Virus record (IMG/VR): IMGVR_UViG_3300020171_000018
Location: 21,803 to 85,802 of that record
DNA: 64,000 bases
Reading direction: 5' to 3' (one strand)
From: a virus
Shown here: in pieces, positions 45,928 through 55,945 of the stretch
Numbering within the stretch: the stretch's first letter is position 1
Layout of the letters: each line of letters opens with the position of its first letter
Program-made: the position numbers and the translations under genes
The notes under the pieces: generated by a model
Databases searched by the model: none
Seen by the model: only the letters and a program-made list of their open reading frames with translations
Told to the model about the DNA's origin: nothing

Positions 45928-46233
45928 ATGACCGTGCTTCAAGCAGTGGGCTCTAATAACTCTGTGGACTCCGCCAGCGTGCCTGAGCTCTTGGAGGCGC
46001 TAGCAAAACAGTGGAGAACATCTCCCTACGCCGTTTACCGTTGGTATAGGCGGGGGACGGCTGTCTCTGAGACGGTCCCAATGGGCTCGGACCATCTCAG
46101 CACCAACCAACTCGTGGCGGCCCTCGCGGAGCGTTGGGATGTGTCCCCCGGCAGTCTTTATCGATACCTGGTTGCTGAGGAGGAACGCCGTTCCAATCCC
46201 AAGTCGGCAGTTCGGAGGGTTCGACATGCCTAG
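45928..46233 (+). CDS. Double HTH protein
   Basis: Two LA..W.(T/V)SP..(V/L)YR units; GGAGGAGG RBS. Confidence 0.65.
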   Translation: MTVLQAVGSNNSVDSASVPELLEALAKQWRTSPYAVYRWYRRGTAVSETVPMGSDHLSTNQLVAALAERWDVSPGSLYRYLVAEEERRSNPKSAVRRVRHA

Positions 46234-47182
46234 GAGAAACGGTTCTGTTGCGGTAGAGGATATGCCGCTACTCCGAGCCAAGAACTCTGTTGACTCTGCC
46301 AGCGTGAATCAGGCTGTGGGGCGCATTGCCCAACTGCGCGGGGTCTCGGCCAACACAGTGTATCGGTGGTTACGGCGTGGGGAGCAACGCCACTCGGCTA
46401 TCGGTCGCATTCCCCAAGAGACCACTGAGTCCTATTGGGATGCCATTACTAGTCAAGCCCAAGCTATTGTGCTTGGCATAGGGGTGGCAAAGGGTCGGGA
46501 CAAGAAACAGGTGGTCTCACTGTACCTCTCTGCCCGGATCTTGGAGAACTTAGACAGAATCTCCGTGGCCCTGACCCCGCTACTTAGGGTGAAGCTCAAG
46601 CGCCCAGATGTAATTAGCGTCCTTGCAGCCGCCACGATGGGCGCCAAGGCCGTCTCAGACGCCATAGTAGAAGACCCCTCAGTGTGGCAGGGCCGCCTTC
46701 TCAAGCAGCTCCGTAAATGGAGCCACGACACAGAAGAAGAGTTCGACAAACACTACTGGATTTGGAAGCAGGAGGAGCTGGAGTGGAGGGCTAGCCACCA
46801 GAAGGAAGTCTGGGCTATTGAGTCCCCCCCGGGCCCGTTTGACCCCGCTAACATTAGGTGGGCTGTAGGGGCGGGCACCAAGCACATGCAAGAGGCGTGC
46901 TACCGGGTGCTGGATTACGCCAAGGCCATGAAGGAAGCCATCCCACCTGAGCAGTGGGAGTGGTACGCTGCACACTTGATTGAGTCCTGGGGGTGGAAGG
47001 CGGCCTTTGCGACGGTTGAGGAAGAGGGGGGCCTGATTACGGGAGCGGAAGGGTGGGAGCGGGCCAAGGAGTTCTATGACTATGGGTGGATTCTGACCAC
47101 CAGATGGGCAACGCCTCAGTGGGAGTACGGGCCGGATGTAGCGCACAGACTGGTCAACAGAAGGATCAGGAACAAGAACTAG
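46226..47182 (+). CDS. HTH-containing protein
   Basis: IAQLRGVSANTVYRWLRR; GGAGG RBS. Confidence 0.65.
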   Translation: MPRRNGSVAVEDMPLLRAKNSVDSASVNQAVGRIAQLRGVSANTVYRWLRRGEQRHSAIGRIPQETTESYWDAITSQAQAIVLGIGVAKGRDKKQVVSLYLSARILENLDRISVALTPLLRVKLKRPDVISVLAAATMGAKAVSDAIVEDPSVWQGRLLKQLRKWSHDTEEEFDKHYWIWKQEELEWRASHQKEVWAIESPPGPFDPANIRWAVGAGTKHMQEACYRVLDYAKAMKEAIPPEQWEWYAAHLIESWGWKAAFATVEEEGGLITGAEGWERAKEFYDYGWILTTRWATPQWEYGPDVAHRLVNRRIRNKN

Positions 47183-47383
47183 TCAAAACAAATGTGGCCC
47201 CAGGAGTCGTCATCCCAGGGCCACCAGCCTGTCAGGGACCGCCACCGTTCGGAGGTCGTAGGGTGAGACAAGCCCTACTGACCTACTGGATAGAGATTAG
47301 CACAGGGATTCTATTGTTGTCAAGTGGGGGCGGTTCTGGTCTACGAACGGTGCTGGTCTGGAAGTAGTAGGATAGGAATAACC

Positions 47384-47590
47384 ATGCATACTGACTGGGG
47401 CTTGGATGAGGAACCCGTAGAGAGCAGTACCGTATGGGTCATCTGTGCTAAATGTGGCGGAGCGCGCCATCTGGTCTTTGGTCGCCCAGAGGCCACACCA
47501 CACTGGTTTTGTCAGGATGTAGTGGTTTGGATACAGCCAGGACAGCATGTCGAGGTAGCATACTTGGATAAGGGTAATGGCGCTACTTGA
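47384..47590 (+). CDS. Small Cys-containing protein
   Basis: CAKC; AGGA RBS. Confidence 0.5.
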   Translation: MHTDWGLDEEPVESSTVWVICAKCGGARHLVFGRPEATPHWFCQDVVVWIQPGQHVEVAYLDKGNGAT

Positions 47591-47670
47591 GGCGCATCCA
47601 GCGGCACCGCATATCCTCACGGTTTAAGCGCTGGCCCGGTTCTGTTCCTCAAAACTCGTGCTCAAACCCC

Positions 47671-47699
47671 TTGACAGGCATGTTACAACATGATAACAT
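47671..47699 (+). promoter_or_regulatory. Sigma70 promoter with palindromic operator in the spacer
   Basis: TTGACA-17 bp-TAACAT; CATGTT-AC-AACATG at 47679-47692. Confidence 0.7.
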
Positions 47700-47789
47700 T
47701 CCCAGCGTCGGTAGTGAGGTTGGGGTTACTTCATACTAGAAATACACCCTAGCCGTTCCTCTCCGACAGCAGGACTCTCCTTGCCCGAG

Positions 47790-47951
47790 ATGACGCGCAC
47801 ACCCCCAGTTGACCTAGAGGCCGCCAAGTGGCGGGGGTTCAGGAAGCGGCTGATAGACCAGAAGAGGTCCTTTGCCAGTTGGCTCCGCGAGAAGATAGAC
47901 CAGGCCCTCTCGGAGCCAACTGACAATCAGGATAGTGGCAGGGGTGGCTAG
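47790..47951 (+). CDS. Small RHH/CopG-like regulator (53 aa)
   Basis: Hand translation MTRTPPVDLEAAKWRGFRKRLIDQKRSFASWLREKIDQAL. Confidence 0.55.
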   Translation: MTRTPPVDLEAAKWRGFRKRLIDQKRSFASWLREKIDQALSEPTDNQDSGRGG

Positions 47952-48253
47952 TTCCAGCCCGCCCCTGAGCTGCCCGTGCTCCTCCCACTGAAGTCCACCA
48001 ACTCCTCGCCTGAGAACGTCGCCCACATAAATCCTCCTCCTAAAGAGGGGGCTACCAGTAGCACATGACCCCTAGGGAGCCTCCTGCCCGCCAGAACAGT
48101 ATCCCTGTTGCTGTAGATGCCCGTGAGAGTTTTGAATCTCCATCGAGGTGCCCGCTCCCCCATCCACCCATTCACACTCACCACGGAGCCAATGGGCACT
48201 CGTCTGAGGGGAATCTTGCCCACACCTCTAGCGATTGTCTTGCAGGCGCGCAT
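47948..48253 (-). CDS. Basic hypothetical protein
   Basis: GGGAGG RBS after the ATPase stop. Confidence 0.5.
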   Translation of the reverse strand: MRACKTIARGVGKIPLRRVPIGSVVSVNGWMGERAPRWRFKTLTGIYSNRDTVLAGRRLPRGHVLLVAPSLGGGFMWATFSGEELVDFSGRSTGSSGAGWN

Positions 48254-48263
48254 ACGGGCCTCC

Positions 48264-49874
48264 CTAGCCTCCAAAGGATAAAGGCAGGTCACCGGGGCCA
48301 TCTGACTGAGCTCTATGCCTGGGAGCCTGTAGTCCGGGGATGTTTGGCACCACGACAGACTGGGCCTCTGCTTGAGCGGGTTGCTCACCGCCAAACTGCG
48401 AGCCCGACATGACCGCCTCTTCCTCGGCTCTGACGGATGCATAAGCCCTGTTCAAGTCATTCGACAGCGCCCCAAGGGTGCCGCCTCTGGGGATGTACCT
48501 GCTCATGTCTCGATGCCCGCGAGCTGGCCTTTGGGTCTCTGCTTGCCTAGAGGTCATTGGCCCAATAGTCCCAAGGGTGGGTACGGGGCTGGGCAGGGCG
48601 GGCTGGTTGGCCCCCATACCCGGGAGCACATACGCTCCCTGAGCTCCTTGGCCCCTGTAAGCGCCTCCAATACGCCTGTACTTTGCTATCTCGTGGGTCA
48701 TCCAAGCGGGCCTCTCGTACTTAATCATCCCCTGATGCTCGGAGTCCATGAAGCCGTAGATGTACTTGACTCGCTCCTCCCTAGGAATGGCGTCGAAGGC
48801 GGCCTTGGCCTGGCGCAGAGTATAGAGCATCTTCCTGCGCTCAGTGACCTCGAACATTGGGTCGGGGGGTTTGAGGAAGATGATGTCGGACCTGATGCCG
48901 GCTTTGTTGATATCTGAGCTGTCCTGCACTGTGCAGACCAATAGGATGCCACGGTGGGCCACGGTGTTTTGTAGCTCCTCAAAGGTCAGGCCAAGTTGGG
49001 ACATTGAGCGTTTGGAGTTGATGTAGAGTGAGGCGTCGTCCAGAATCACGGCGCACCCAGCGGGAACCTGCTGCATGAGAGGCCCCAAGAGGTGGTGCGG
49101 GACGGCAATCATGTTAGGCGGGAGAGGAATGTTGGCACTGGGGCCTACCCAGAATATCGGGTAGCCACCGTGCTTTTGCTGCCACTTAGCGGCCAAGGGT
49201 CCCGCAGCGAAGGTTGTCTTCCCGGAGTTTCTTCTGCCCACGACGAACACGGAGAGGTACTCACTATTCAGGGCCTCCTCCAACCAGGCTGGCCACTGTT
49301 CCCCAACCGAGCCTATACCGCTTAGCCCCCCCATCGGGTTGACACCCCCAGCTATCCCAGCAATGGACGCCACAATCTTGCTCTGAATAGCCGTGGCTAT
49401 CTGGGTGATGCTGGACTGGAACCCCTGCCTGAGCCCCCGACCTACGGCGTCCCCGAGGAACTTGCCCAAATCCAGGCCGGAGAACGGGCTGGTCTCCTCA
49501 TGGGTCCCTTCATGGATGGGTTGGGCTGGGGCTGGGAATTGGCTGGGCGTCTGGGGTCCCACCTGAGGGCCAGAGGGCATCATGGACTGGCCCCCGGGCA
49601 TCATCGTCTGAGGCATGGTCTGGTAGGGCTGCTGGTAGGGCTGTAGCGCGTTCTGCTGGTAGGGTTGCATGGCGTTCTGCGGGGCGTTCTGACCCACGCC
49701 GCGACGCTTGCGCCCACGGACTGGCCCGGGGGCCTGCATGAAGGGCTGCTGGGGGCCTTGGGACTGACCCTGGGGCTGAGCTGGCATCATAGGGGTTGGG
49801 ACTGGGATGTAGATGATGTCGGGAGTCAGAACCTTTCTTCGAGTGGTTGCCCTTGTTGTCTTTCTCCTTGGCAT
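48264..49874 (-). CDS. FtsK/A32/Zot-like P-loop ATPase, putative genome-packaging ATPase, with Q/P-rich tails
   Basis: VVGRRNSGKT, VILDDA, AHRG...TVQ. Confidence 0.7.
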   Translation of the reverse strand: MPRRKTTRATTRRKVLTPDIIYIPVPTPMMPAQPQGQSQGPQQPFMQAPGPVRGRKRRGVGQNAPQNAMQPYQQNALQPYQQPYQTMPQTMMPGGQSMMPSGPQVGPQTPSQFPAPAQPIHEGTHEETSPFSGLDLGKFLGDAVGRGLRQGFQSSITQIATAIQSKIVASIAGIAGGVNPMGGLSGIGSVGEQWPAWLEEALNSEYLSVFVVGRRNSGKTTFAAGPLAAKWQQKHGGYPIFWVGPSANIPLPPNMIAVPHHLLGPLMQQVPAGCAVILDDASLYINSKRSMSQLGLTFEELQNTVAHRGILLVCTVQDSSDINKAGIRSDIIFLKPPDPMFEVTERRKMLYTLRQAKAAFDAIPREERVKYIYGFMDSEHQGMIKYERPAWMTHEIAKYRRIGGAYRGQGAQGAYVLPGMGANQPALPSPVPTLGTIGPMTSRQAETQRPARGHRDMSRYIPRGGTLGALSNDLNRAYASVRAEEEAVMSGSQFGGEQPAQAEAQSVVVPNIPGLQAPRHRAQSDGPGDLPLSFGG

Positions 49875-49964
49875 TGTGGTTCTCCTTGCCTATCGGGTTG
49901 ACTCCTAATGATGCTAAATTGATACCATAGGTTGGGGCTATGCATTCAAGGAGGCGCCACTTTT

Positions 49965-50186
49965 ATGAACAAGTCTGCCCTGCGTGAAACCATCAGGAAA
50001 TCCATTGCCTACCAGTTCAACACAACCTCTGGGCACGGTCTTAGCTCGGCTCAAGTTGCAACCCTTTCTACCTACATCGCTGCTGGTATTGCTGATGCCC
50101 TTGCCGATCAGTTGGACGCTGAAATTACTCAGGCTTTTGAGCATCACCTAGCTGCTTATGCACATACTCGGCTCCAAGTCCGGTAG
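49965..50186 (+). CDS. Hypothetical protein
   Basis: AAGGAGG upstream; opposite strand to neighbours. Confidence 0.45.
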   Translation: MNKSALRETIRKSIAYQFNTTSGHGLSSAQVATLSTYIAAGIADALADQLDAEITQAFEHHLAAYAHTRLQVR

Positions 50187-50568
50187 CGTTGAGTTGTAGA
50201 TAGGACGCAACGGCAGTTCGGTCAATCAACACAACCGCTTGCTCGGTTGTGAGTCCACAGGCATCTTTCAGAAACTTGAAATCAGCGGCCATCTGATAGG
50301 CTGCCAACGAGGGTGCTACCCCCTTGTCTGCTAGACTCATTACTCGAAGCCGCCCAAGTGCCAATGGTGCCGTTGGAGGATAGATTCCAGGGGGGACACG
50401 GAGTTCCCCTCCGTGAGTCACCATTGCATCCACCAATTGGTGCAGTGGACTAGCGCAGTAGTCGCGGGTACCACTACCACCCTTTGTATCTTTGGGAGTC
50501 AACCAGATAGGCAAAGGGTTCTGGTCCCCACCACTTACTGCTTCTCCTTGGGGTTCGGATGCGTCCAT
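50125..50568 (-). CDS. Hypothetical protein
   Basis: AAGGAGG RBS. Confidence 0.5.
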   Translation of the reverse strand: MDASEPQGEAVSGGDQNPLPIWLTPKDTKGGSGTRDYCASPLHQLVDAMVTHGGELRVPPGIYPPTAPLALGRLRVMSLADKGVAPSLAAYQMAADFKFLKDACGLTTEQAVVLIDRTAVASYLQLNATGLGAEYVHKQLGDAQKPE

Positions 50569-50569
50569 G

Positions 50570-52252
50570 CTAACCCTCCTTGTTGCTATCATCGTTGCTA
50601 TCATCATCCACCAGAGTAGGCACGATGTCAACCACGGCTGCTACGGGAGCGGGACTCTTGGGCTTGTCTGGGGGCCGCACTACTACCGCAACCCCGCTGC
50701 CCCCGCTGCCCCCATCATCGGGCCCATTCTCTCCGACCCCGCTGATGTCGTCACCCCCACTATCACCCTGAGCCTCCCCAGCCCCCTCTACCCCCGCTCG
50801 ATTCATGCTGTTTTCAACCGCCTTGTAGGTGAGGTCAATCCCCTGTTTGACCGAGGTGAGCCAAGTGGTGCCAGCGGGGGTTATGAGCACGGCAGCAACC
50901 GCAGATACAGTGTCAAGGGCTTTCGCATCCATTGTCGCAGAGGCCAGCACCCTGATAAACGGGTTGTCCAAGAGCTTCTTGACCTCGGACAGCAGCACTC
51001 GGACCTCATCCACGGTGAACTCGTGCAGGATGACCTCGAGCTCACTGAGGCCGGGCTTCTGCGCCTGGAGGTCAGCATAGAGTTTCTGTACAAACTCGGT
51101 GGGCCTGAGAGAGAGGGCGTTCTTGAGCCAGTCCCAGTCGGCGGCCTTGAGCAGCCCCATGAGGTCAGTGCCCTTGAGGCGGGTCTTGAGCTTGTTGAGG
51201 AGTTGAGCCGTGTCCACTGGGGCCTCCTGGGTTGTAGGCTGCATTGTAGGTTGCACGGGTTGGGGTGCCCGTGGTTGGGGCCCTGACTGTGGGGCACCAG
51301 CGCGTTGTGGCTGCCCAGGGCCAAGGGCGGGCTGCTGAGGCGCCCCACCAACTTGGGGCTGGGTCGGAGCGGGCGGCTGCTGGGGTATCAGGGCTGTAAG
51401 CCTGGCAACTAGTGGCTCTAGTTGCTGTGTACGTGCTAACTCCATTACGAGGTCTATCAGGCTAGTCTTGTGCGTGTCCTCCGAATCGCCCGTACCCGTT
51501 CGCCGCACAAAGCCATACTTTTCAGCCCGCGCTATAGCCTTGTCCAACTTGTCCAGTGGGTCTTCATCCTCCTCGTCACCTTCCTCCTTGGGGGGTTTTA
51601 TGTTAAACGCCTTGTAGAGTCTGGCCGTGGCTACCTTGTCCCGTATAGCAGGGTTGCTGTCCAACATGGCAAGGGCGTCGTCAGTGGCACGCTCATCCAG
51701 ACGTTCTTGAAAGGTCTTGGGCTTCTCGGCCTCCTTTTTTCGGGCCTCTCGGATAGCCTCATCCGGGGTCTGCCACTTGGGGGCGCCGGGAAACTTGTAC
51801 CCAATCACAGGCCCGGTGTAGGCGGCGCTCTTGGCATAGATTACATACTCGCCCCCGCCGAACTGCGGGACCCAGTGCTGCTCGATGTCCTCCCGGCTGG
51901 GCATGTCGGAGACGTACTCCCCAATTGTGACCAAGGAGACGCTGCCAAGTCGAACAGGTTTTCTAACCTCGAACTTGGGCACGGGGAAGGCTTCACTGCG
52001 GGAGCGGCGAATGCGCTCTATTAGGCGAATGTTGTTGAGAACCTTGCGGTTCAGCTCCCAGTTGAAGTCGTCACCACTATTGACTACATACGGGAGGGAG
52101 CGGTAGGGGGCGAAGCGATCCCCCGAACCCTCCGGGGCGGCACCATCTTCGGATTCGTCCAGTTCGTCGGGGTAGAAATCGTCGCCGGGCTTGATGAGAC
52201 GGACGTGTTTGCCACGGGAGAAGAGTTTTAGAGGGTTGAGTGAGATACCCAT
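50570..52252 (-). CDS. Large helical protein with Q/P-rich linker
   Basis: 560 aa; AGGAGGT RBS; upstream of the ATPase. Confidence 0.7.
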   Translation of the reverse strand: MGISLNPLKLFSRGKHVRLIKPGDDFYPDELDESEDGAAPEGSGDRFAPYRSLPYVVNSGDDFNWELNRKVLNNIRLIERIRRSRSEAFPVPKFEVRKPVRLGSVSLVTIGEYVSDMPSREDIEQHWVPQFGGGEYVIYAKSAAYTGPVIGYKFPGAPKWQTPDEAIREARKKEAEKPKTFQERLDERATDDALAMLDSNPAIRDKVATARLYKAFNIKPPKEEGDEEDEDPLDKLDKAIARAEKYGFVRRTGTGDSEDTHKTSLIDLVMELARTQQLEPLVARLTALIPQQPPAPTQPQVGGAPQQPALGPGQPQRAGAPQSGPQPRAPQPVQPTMQPTTQEAPVDTAQLLNKLKTRLKGTDLMGLLKAADWDWLKNALSLRPTEFVQKLYADLQAQKPGLSELEVILHEFTVDEVRVLLSEVKKLLDNPFIRVLASATMDAKALDTVSAVAAVLITPAGTTWLTSVKQGIDLTYKAVENSMNRAGVEGAGEAQGDSGGDDISGVGENGPDDGGSGGSGVAVVVRPPDKPKSPAPVAAVVDIVPTLVDDDSNDDSNKEG

Positions 52253-52489
52253 GAGAGTAGTGACCTCCTATGCGGGCATTTGGGCCAGTTGGCGGGCGGA
52301 CTGGGGTTACTGTACATAGACACCCTCTATTGTGGTTCTGCTCTGCGGATGCACTACCAAACGCTCGGGAGCACTACCAGTCTGCCGACCACGGCCTACA
52401 GAAGGCCCGGACAGACGCAGCAGATGCGCTCAGGGCGTGGGAGGACGCTAAGGCAGAGTTTGCCTTATACGAGGCCTTTTGCAAAACGC

Positions 52490-52690
52490 CTAAGAAACCC
52501 TAACCTCTTTTGCGGCTTCGTACCTTCTCGCCAAGGCCCACAACCATCTGCTTGGGTCCTGCACGTCGTCAGTGTGGTAGTGCAGGTGAATCTGGTCTCC
52601 GAATACCTCCCTGAGTTTCTCGAATAGCAGGGACTCCTCTAACGGAAGTAACGCCTCTTTGTTACTGTTGAAGTGGAAATGTACATCCAT
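52490..52690 (-). CDS. Hypothetical protein
   Basis: AAGGAG RBS. Confidence 0.5.
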   Translation of the reverse strand: MDVHFHFNSNKEALLPLEESLLFEKLREVFGDQIHLHYHTDDVQDPSRWLWALARRYEAAKEVRVS

Positions 52691-52850
52691 TGGCTACTCC
52701 TTTCCTTTCACTACTTCTGCCCAGCAGTACCTCTATTGTACCCCACTTGACAAACGGTTTTCTAGAGGGGCGCATCAAGGTAATGTACAATAATTGACTT
52801 CCCTTATAACTGAATTGACCCGTACCCTATGGCTAGTATATCATGGTTGC

Positions 52851-53351
52851 ATGAATGAAAAAAGACGTGGCCGCCCACCACGTCAAACAAAACTGGGGGA
52901 ACCGCCTCCTGAGTCCGCCTACGGAGTGGCTCTGAACTACGGCCTGCTGGAACGGATCACAAAGCATTCCCAATCCAGCAGACCCAGTGAGCAACCTCGC
53001 AACACCCCCTTGGGGCGCCATACGGTGTTACAGATACTTTGGGCACTCATGCAGGGCGCTAGGGGCTACGAGATACGACATAGCCTCGGTCTGACCAGTA
53101 GATTCTCCATAATCAATGCTAAGGTTTGGTATTACAACCACCCAGAGAAGATTAGAGAGATGCAGCCCTACTGGGAGATGCGAGACCCAGATACTCACAA
53201 GGTGGCATATCGGTGTATGGTATGTGGCTCCATCAAGGCCACTAAGCTGGAGGTGGAGGCGCACTGCGTCAGAGAGGTTATTCCAGAGGCGTACCTGACG
53301 CTCCACTGGCCGTTCACGCCTGAGGAGACTGAGATTTTAGGAGGGATGTAG
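52851..53351 (+). CDS. AT-hook/HTH/C2H2-like regulator, probably leaderless
   Basis: RRGRPP and CMVC...HC; TTGACC-18-TATCAT ends 6 nt before ATG. Confidence 0.6.
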   Translation: MNEKRRGRPPRQTKLGEPPPESAYGVALNYGLLERITKHSQSSRPSEQPRNTPLGRHTVLQILWALMQGARGYEIRHSLGLTSRFSIINAKVWYYNHPEKIREMQPYWEMRDPDTHKVAYRCMVCGSIKATKLEVEAHCVREVIPEAYLTLHWPFTPEETEILGGM

Positions 53352-53518
53352 CTATGTGGAATGTAGCTATGTGGTGGGCTATCAGAGTCGGTGCTGTCCT
53401 TGGCATATTCATTCTTGCTACCCTGCTTTCAGTTGTATTGAGGGTTCTGGGGCAGGCTGCTAGCTATCACATTACCCATCGGAAGCACATTCTACGCTAA
53501 CGCATAGGAGGCCCAGAA

Positions 53519-53869
53519 ATGACCACTCAGCCGCAACCCCCAGCACCCCAGCTCAAGCCTGAGATCATCCCGGCGGTCACGGGTGATGTCAGGGTGCCCC
53601 TCTACGCCACGGGAGCGGGCGGGGAGTTTCTGTCTCTCTATATTATTGCCTACAGGAACCCGGAGACCGGTGAGCTGGGGCCACACCCACAGACCGGCCA
53701 GTACCCGATGGTGTGTCCTGACTGTAAACGGGGGGAGCTGAAAGGCGGGGAAATCTATGGCCCCAACAACCTACGAAGGTGGGTGTGTGGTTGGTGTGGG
53801 ATAGCATGGCAGACTCGGAACGGGATGTACAAGGGCCCAAGGTATGCAGTCGGGCTTGAGAGTTGCTAG
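53519..53869 (+). CDS. Zn-ribbon protein
   Basis: CPDC...CGWC; AGGAGG RBS. Confidence 0.6.
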   Translation: MTTQPQPPAPQLKPEIIPAVTGDVRVPLYATGAGGEFLSLYIIAYRNPETGELGPHPQTGQYPMVCPDCKRGELKGGEIYGPNNLRRWVCGWCGIAWQTRNGMYKGPRYAVGLESC

Positions 53870-53887
53870 AGAAGGAGAGGGGAAACG

Positions 53888-54097
53888 ATGCCTACGCTAG
53901 GTGAGCAAAGGGTGAGGTTGGACTTCAACCCGTCCGAGGATACGCGAGTTGATGTGTTCAAGCAGCTCACCGCCCAACTAATTGACCATTGTGAGTTGAT
54001 GAAGAGCCAAGGGAGGGACGCACGGCTTTGCGCCCTGGCACAAACGGCCTACGAGGAAGCCGCCATGTGGGCCGTAAAAGCTGCTACTTCGCCATAG
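53888..54097 (+). CDS. Acb2/Tad1-like helical hairpin protein (putative immune-signal sponge)
   Basis: FNPS...R..ALAQTAYEEAAMWAVKA. Confidence 0.65.
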   Translation: MPTLGEQRVRLDFNPSEDTRVDVFKQLTAQLIDHCELMKSQGRDARLCALAQTAYEEAAMWAVKAATSP

Positions 54098-54109
54098 ATC
54101 GCAGGGGAT

Positions 54110-54146
54110 GGGCACCGTTGCGTAACTATGGACTAGTACCCCAAAG
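54110..54146 (+). repeat. Orphan IS6-like end; inverted copy of 39202-39238
   Basis: Begins GGCACCGTTGC, similar to the IS26 end GGCACTGTTGC. Confidence 0.85.
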
Positions 54147-54592
54147 CTTGCTAGGGTCAAACTAACACATGGAGGAGGGTAAGATGGCATCAGGCAAGAA
54201 TCAGGCCAAAGAACAGACAGAGGCGACACCCAGCAGGGCAGCCAAACAACTAGTGGCTGACTACCGCTACCTTTTGTCAACTCCAGCTATTGGAACCGAT
54301 GCCTTGGAGCTGCTCAAGTTGCTTGTGGAAGACGCAAAGACGGACCGTGCCTCTAGGCTTTGGTAGAGGGCGCTCCCTCTATAGCTGCGGCAACCTCTTT
54401 GTACACGGCTCCGAATTGGCGAAGAAGGGCTCCAGTCGGACTTGGTTGACATGACTTTGGGTCATAGCTACCCTCTAGGCGGAATACGTCTAGGGGGTTC
54501 CGATGGGAAAGTGGAAGCCAACCCGAATACCACGTCCAAAAGGCGGTTTCTGGGTAGAGTTGGTGGAGGCATGGCAAGTGGAACGAGCTAAC

Positions 54593-55456
54593 ATGGCCTA
54601 TTGGCAGGTGACATGCAAGTTCTGTGGGGGGACCCGCGTGGTCAAGTACGGCACCTATCACGGCGTACAGCGGTTCCTATGCCGGAGCTGTAACCGAAAG
54701 TTTGCCGACAACAACGCCCCTCCGCACATGCAATTCCCTACTGCTGCCATAGCCTCAGCCCTGAACCAGTTCTATCAGACTACCTCGCTGGATAAGATTC
54801 GTACCCAGCTAGACCTAGACCAGCACCCCTACCCAGGCCACGCGACGGTGTACGAATGGGTAGTAAAGTACACCAAGAAGGCAGTTGAGGCTCTTAGCGG
54901 AGTAACGGTTAACACTGGCAAAATCTGGGTGGCCGACGAAACGATGCTGCTGGTGGCAGGCAGCAAGACCAAAGAGGGGTCAGAGAACACAGCTTGGTTC
55001 TGGGATGTCTTGGATGAGGACTCTAGGTTTCTTCTTGCCTCACACTTGTCTCAGACTCGGACCACCCGCGACGCCGAAACTCTTTTTCAGCGGGCCGCAG
55101 AGGTAGCTACTAGGCCGCCTAGATTCATAGTCACTGATAAGCTGTCAGCCTATTTGGATGGGATTGAACGGGTATTCGGAGGTGACACCATTCATATCCA
55201 ATCTCATGGGATGCGCTCTAGTACCAATATCAACTTGGTGGAGAGGTTTCATGGCACGATTAAGGACAGAACCAACCTGATGCGGGGGCTTCACTCGCTT
55301 GTGACGGCTAGGTTCGTAATGAGTGGATGGGCGATTCACTACAACTACATGAGGAAGCACCAAGCGCTAGGGGGCAAGACACCCGCTGAGGTGGCGGGTG
55401 TGGAGGCACCGTTTAAGAGCTGGCTAGAAGTAATACAGCTAGAAGGGAGAGTCTAA
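54593..55456 (+). CDS. IS6-like DDE transposase with N-terminal Zn ribbon
   Basis: CKFC..CRSC; WVADET, VTDKL.AY, N.VERFHG..K.R. Confidence 0.9.
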   Translation: MAYWQVTCKFCGGTRVVKYGTYHGVQRFLCRSCNRKFADNNAPPHMQFPTAAIASALNQFYQTTSLDKIRTQLDLDQHPYPGHATVYEWVVKYTKKAVEALSGVTVNTGKIWVADETMLLVAGSKTKEGSENTAWFWDVLDEDSRFLLASHLSQTRTTRDAETLFQRAAEVATRPPRFIVTDKLSAYLDGIERVFGGDTIHIQSHGMRSSTNINLVERFHGTIKDRTNLMRGLHSLVTARFVMSGWAIHYNYMRKHQALGGKTPAEVAGVEAPFKSWLEVIQLEGRV

Positions 55457-55833
55457 TGGCGTTAGCTGACAAAGATGTTCTTCGTAGAATGCGGAGGCCC
55501 CAAACGGTACGAGACTATGGGGAGCTGGCGGAAGTTCGCACCAGAAGGATAGAAAAGCACTTAGGGCTTGCTGTAGTCCTACCCGACGAGGAGTTGCTTG
55601 AGATATACAGAGACTTGGAGCGCGAAGCCCAGGCCAATAAGTGTGAAGCCTGCAACAAAGAATCTGGTGCCGCATCGAAGGAACCCGCCCAGTGGTCGGT
55701 TGGGAGTAGGTTCATCAGGAAGACCACTAAAGTGCTCAACGTGAAGGCCACCGCGCTCAATTTCCTCAGCCTCTTTCTCAGGCACGGCAATGGCAAAGGC
55801 AAGGATACAAGCTCCAATAAAGTTAAACACTAG
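55456..55833 (+). CDS. IS passenger hypothetical protein
   Basis: TAATG coupling to transposase. Confidence 0.5.
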   Translation: MALADKDVLRRMRRPQTVRDYGELAEVRTRRIEKHLGLAVVLPDEELLEIYRDLEREAQANKCEACNKESGAASKEPAQWSVGSRFIRKTTKVLNVKATALNFLSLFLRHGNGKGKDTSSNKVKH

Positions 55834-55945
55834 CCCAACAAAGGTGAACCAAGAGGCTGAGTCTAGGTGGTGCAGGTGAATCACAAGCGCATTCTAGGGC
55901 AGCTAGGGAGAGGGGAATAGCTAATGTCCGCCATTACTGATGTTA

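Noticed and set aside
48264-49874. Terminase large subunit
   Set aside because: No C-terminal nuclease domain, no neighbouring portal, and the motif spacing fits FtsK/A32/Zot-type ATPases.
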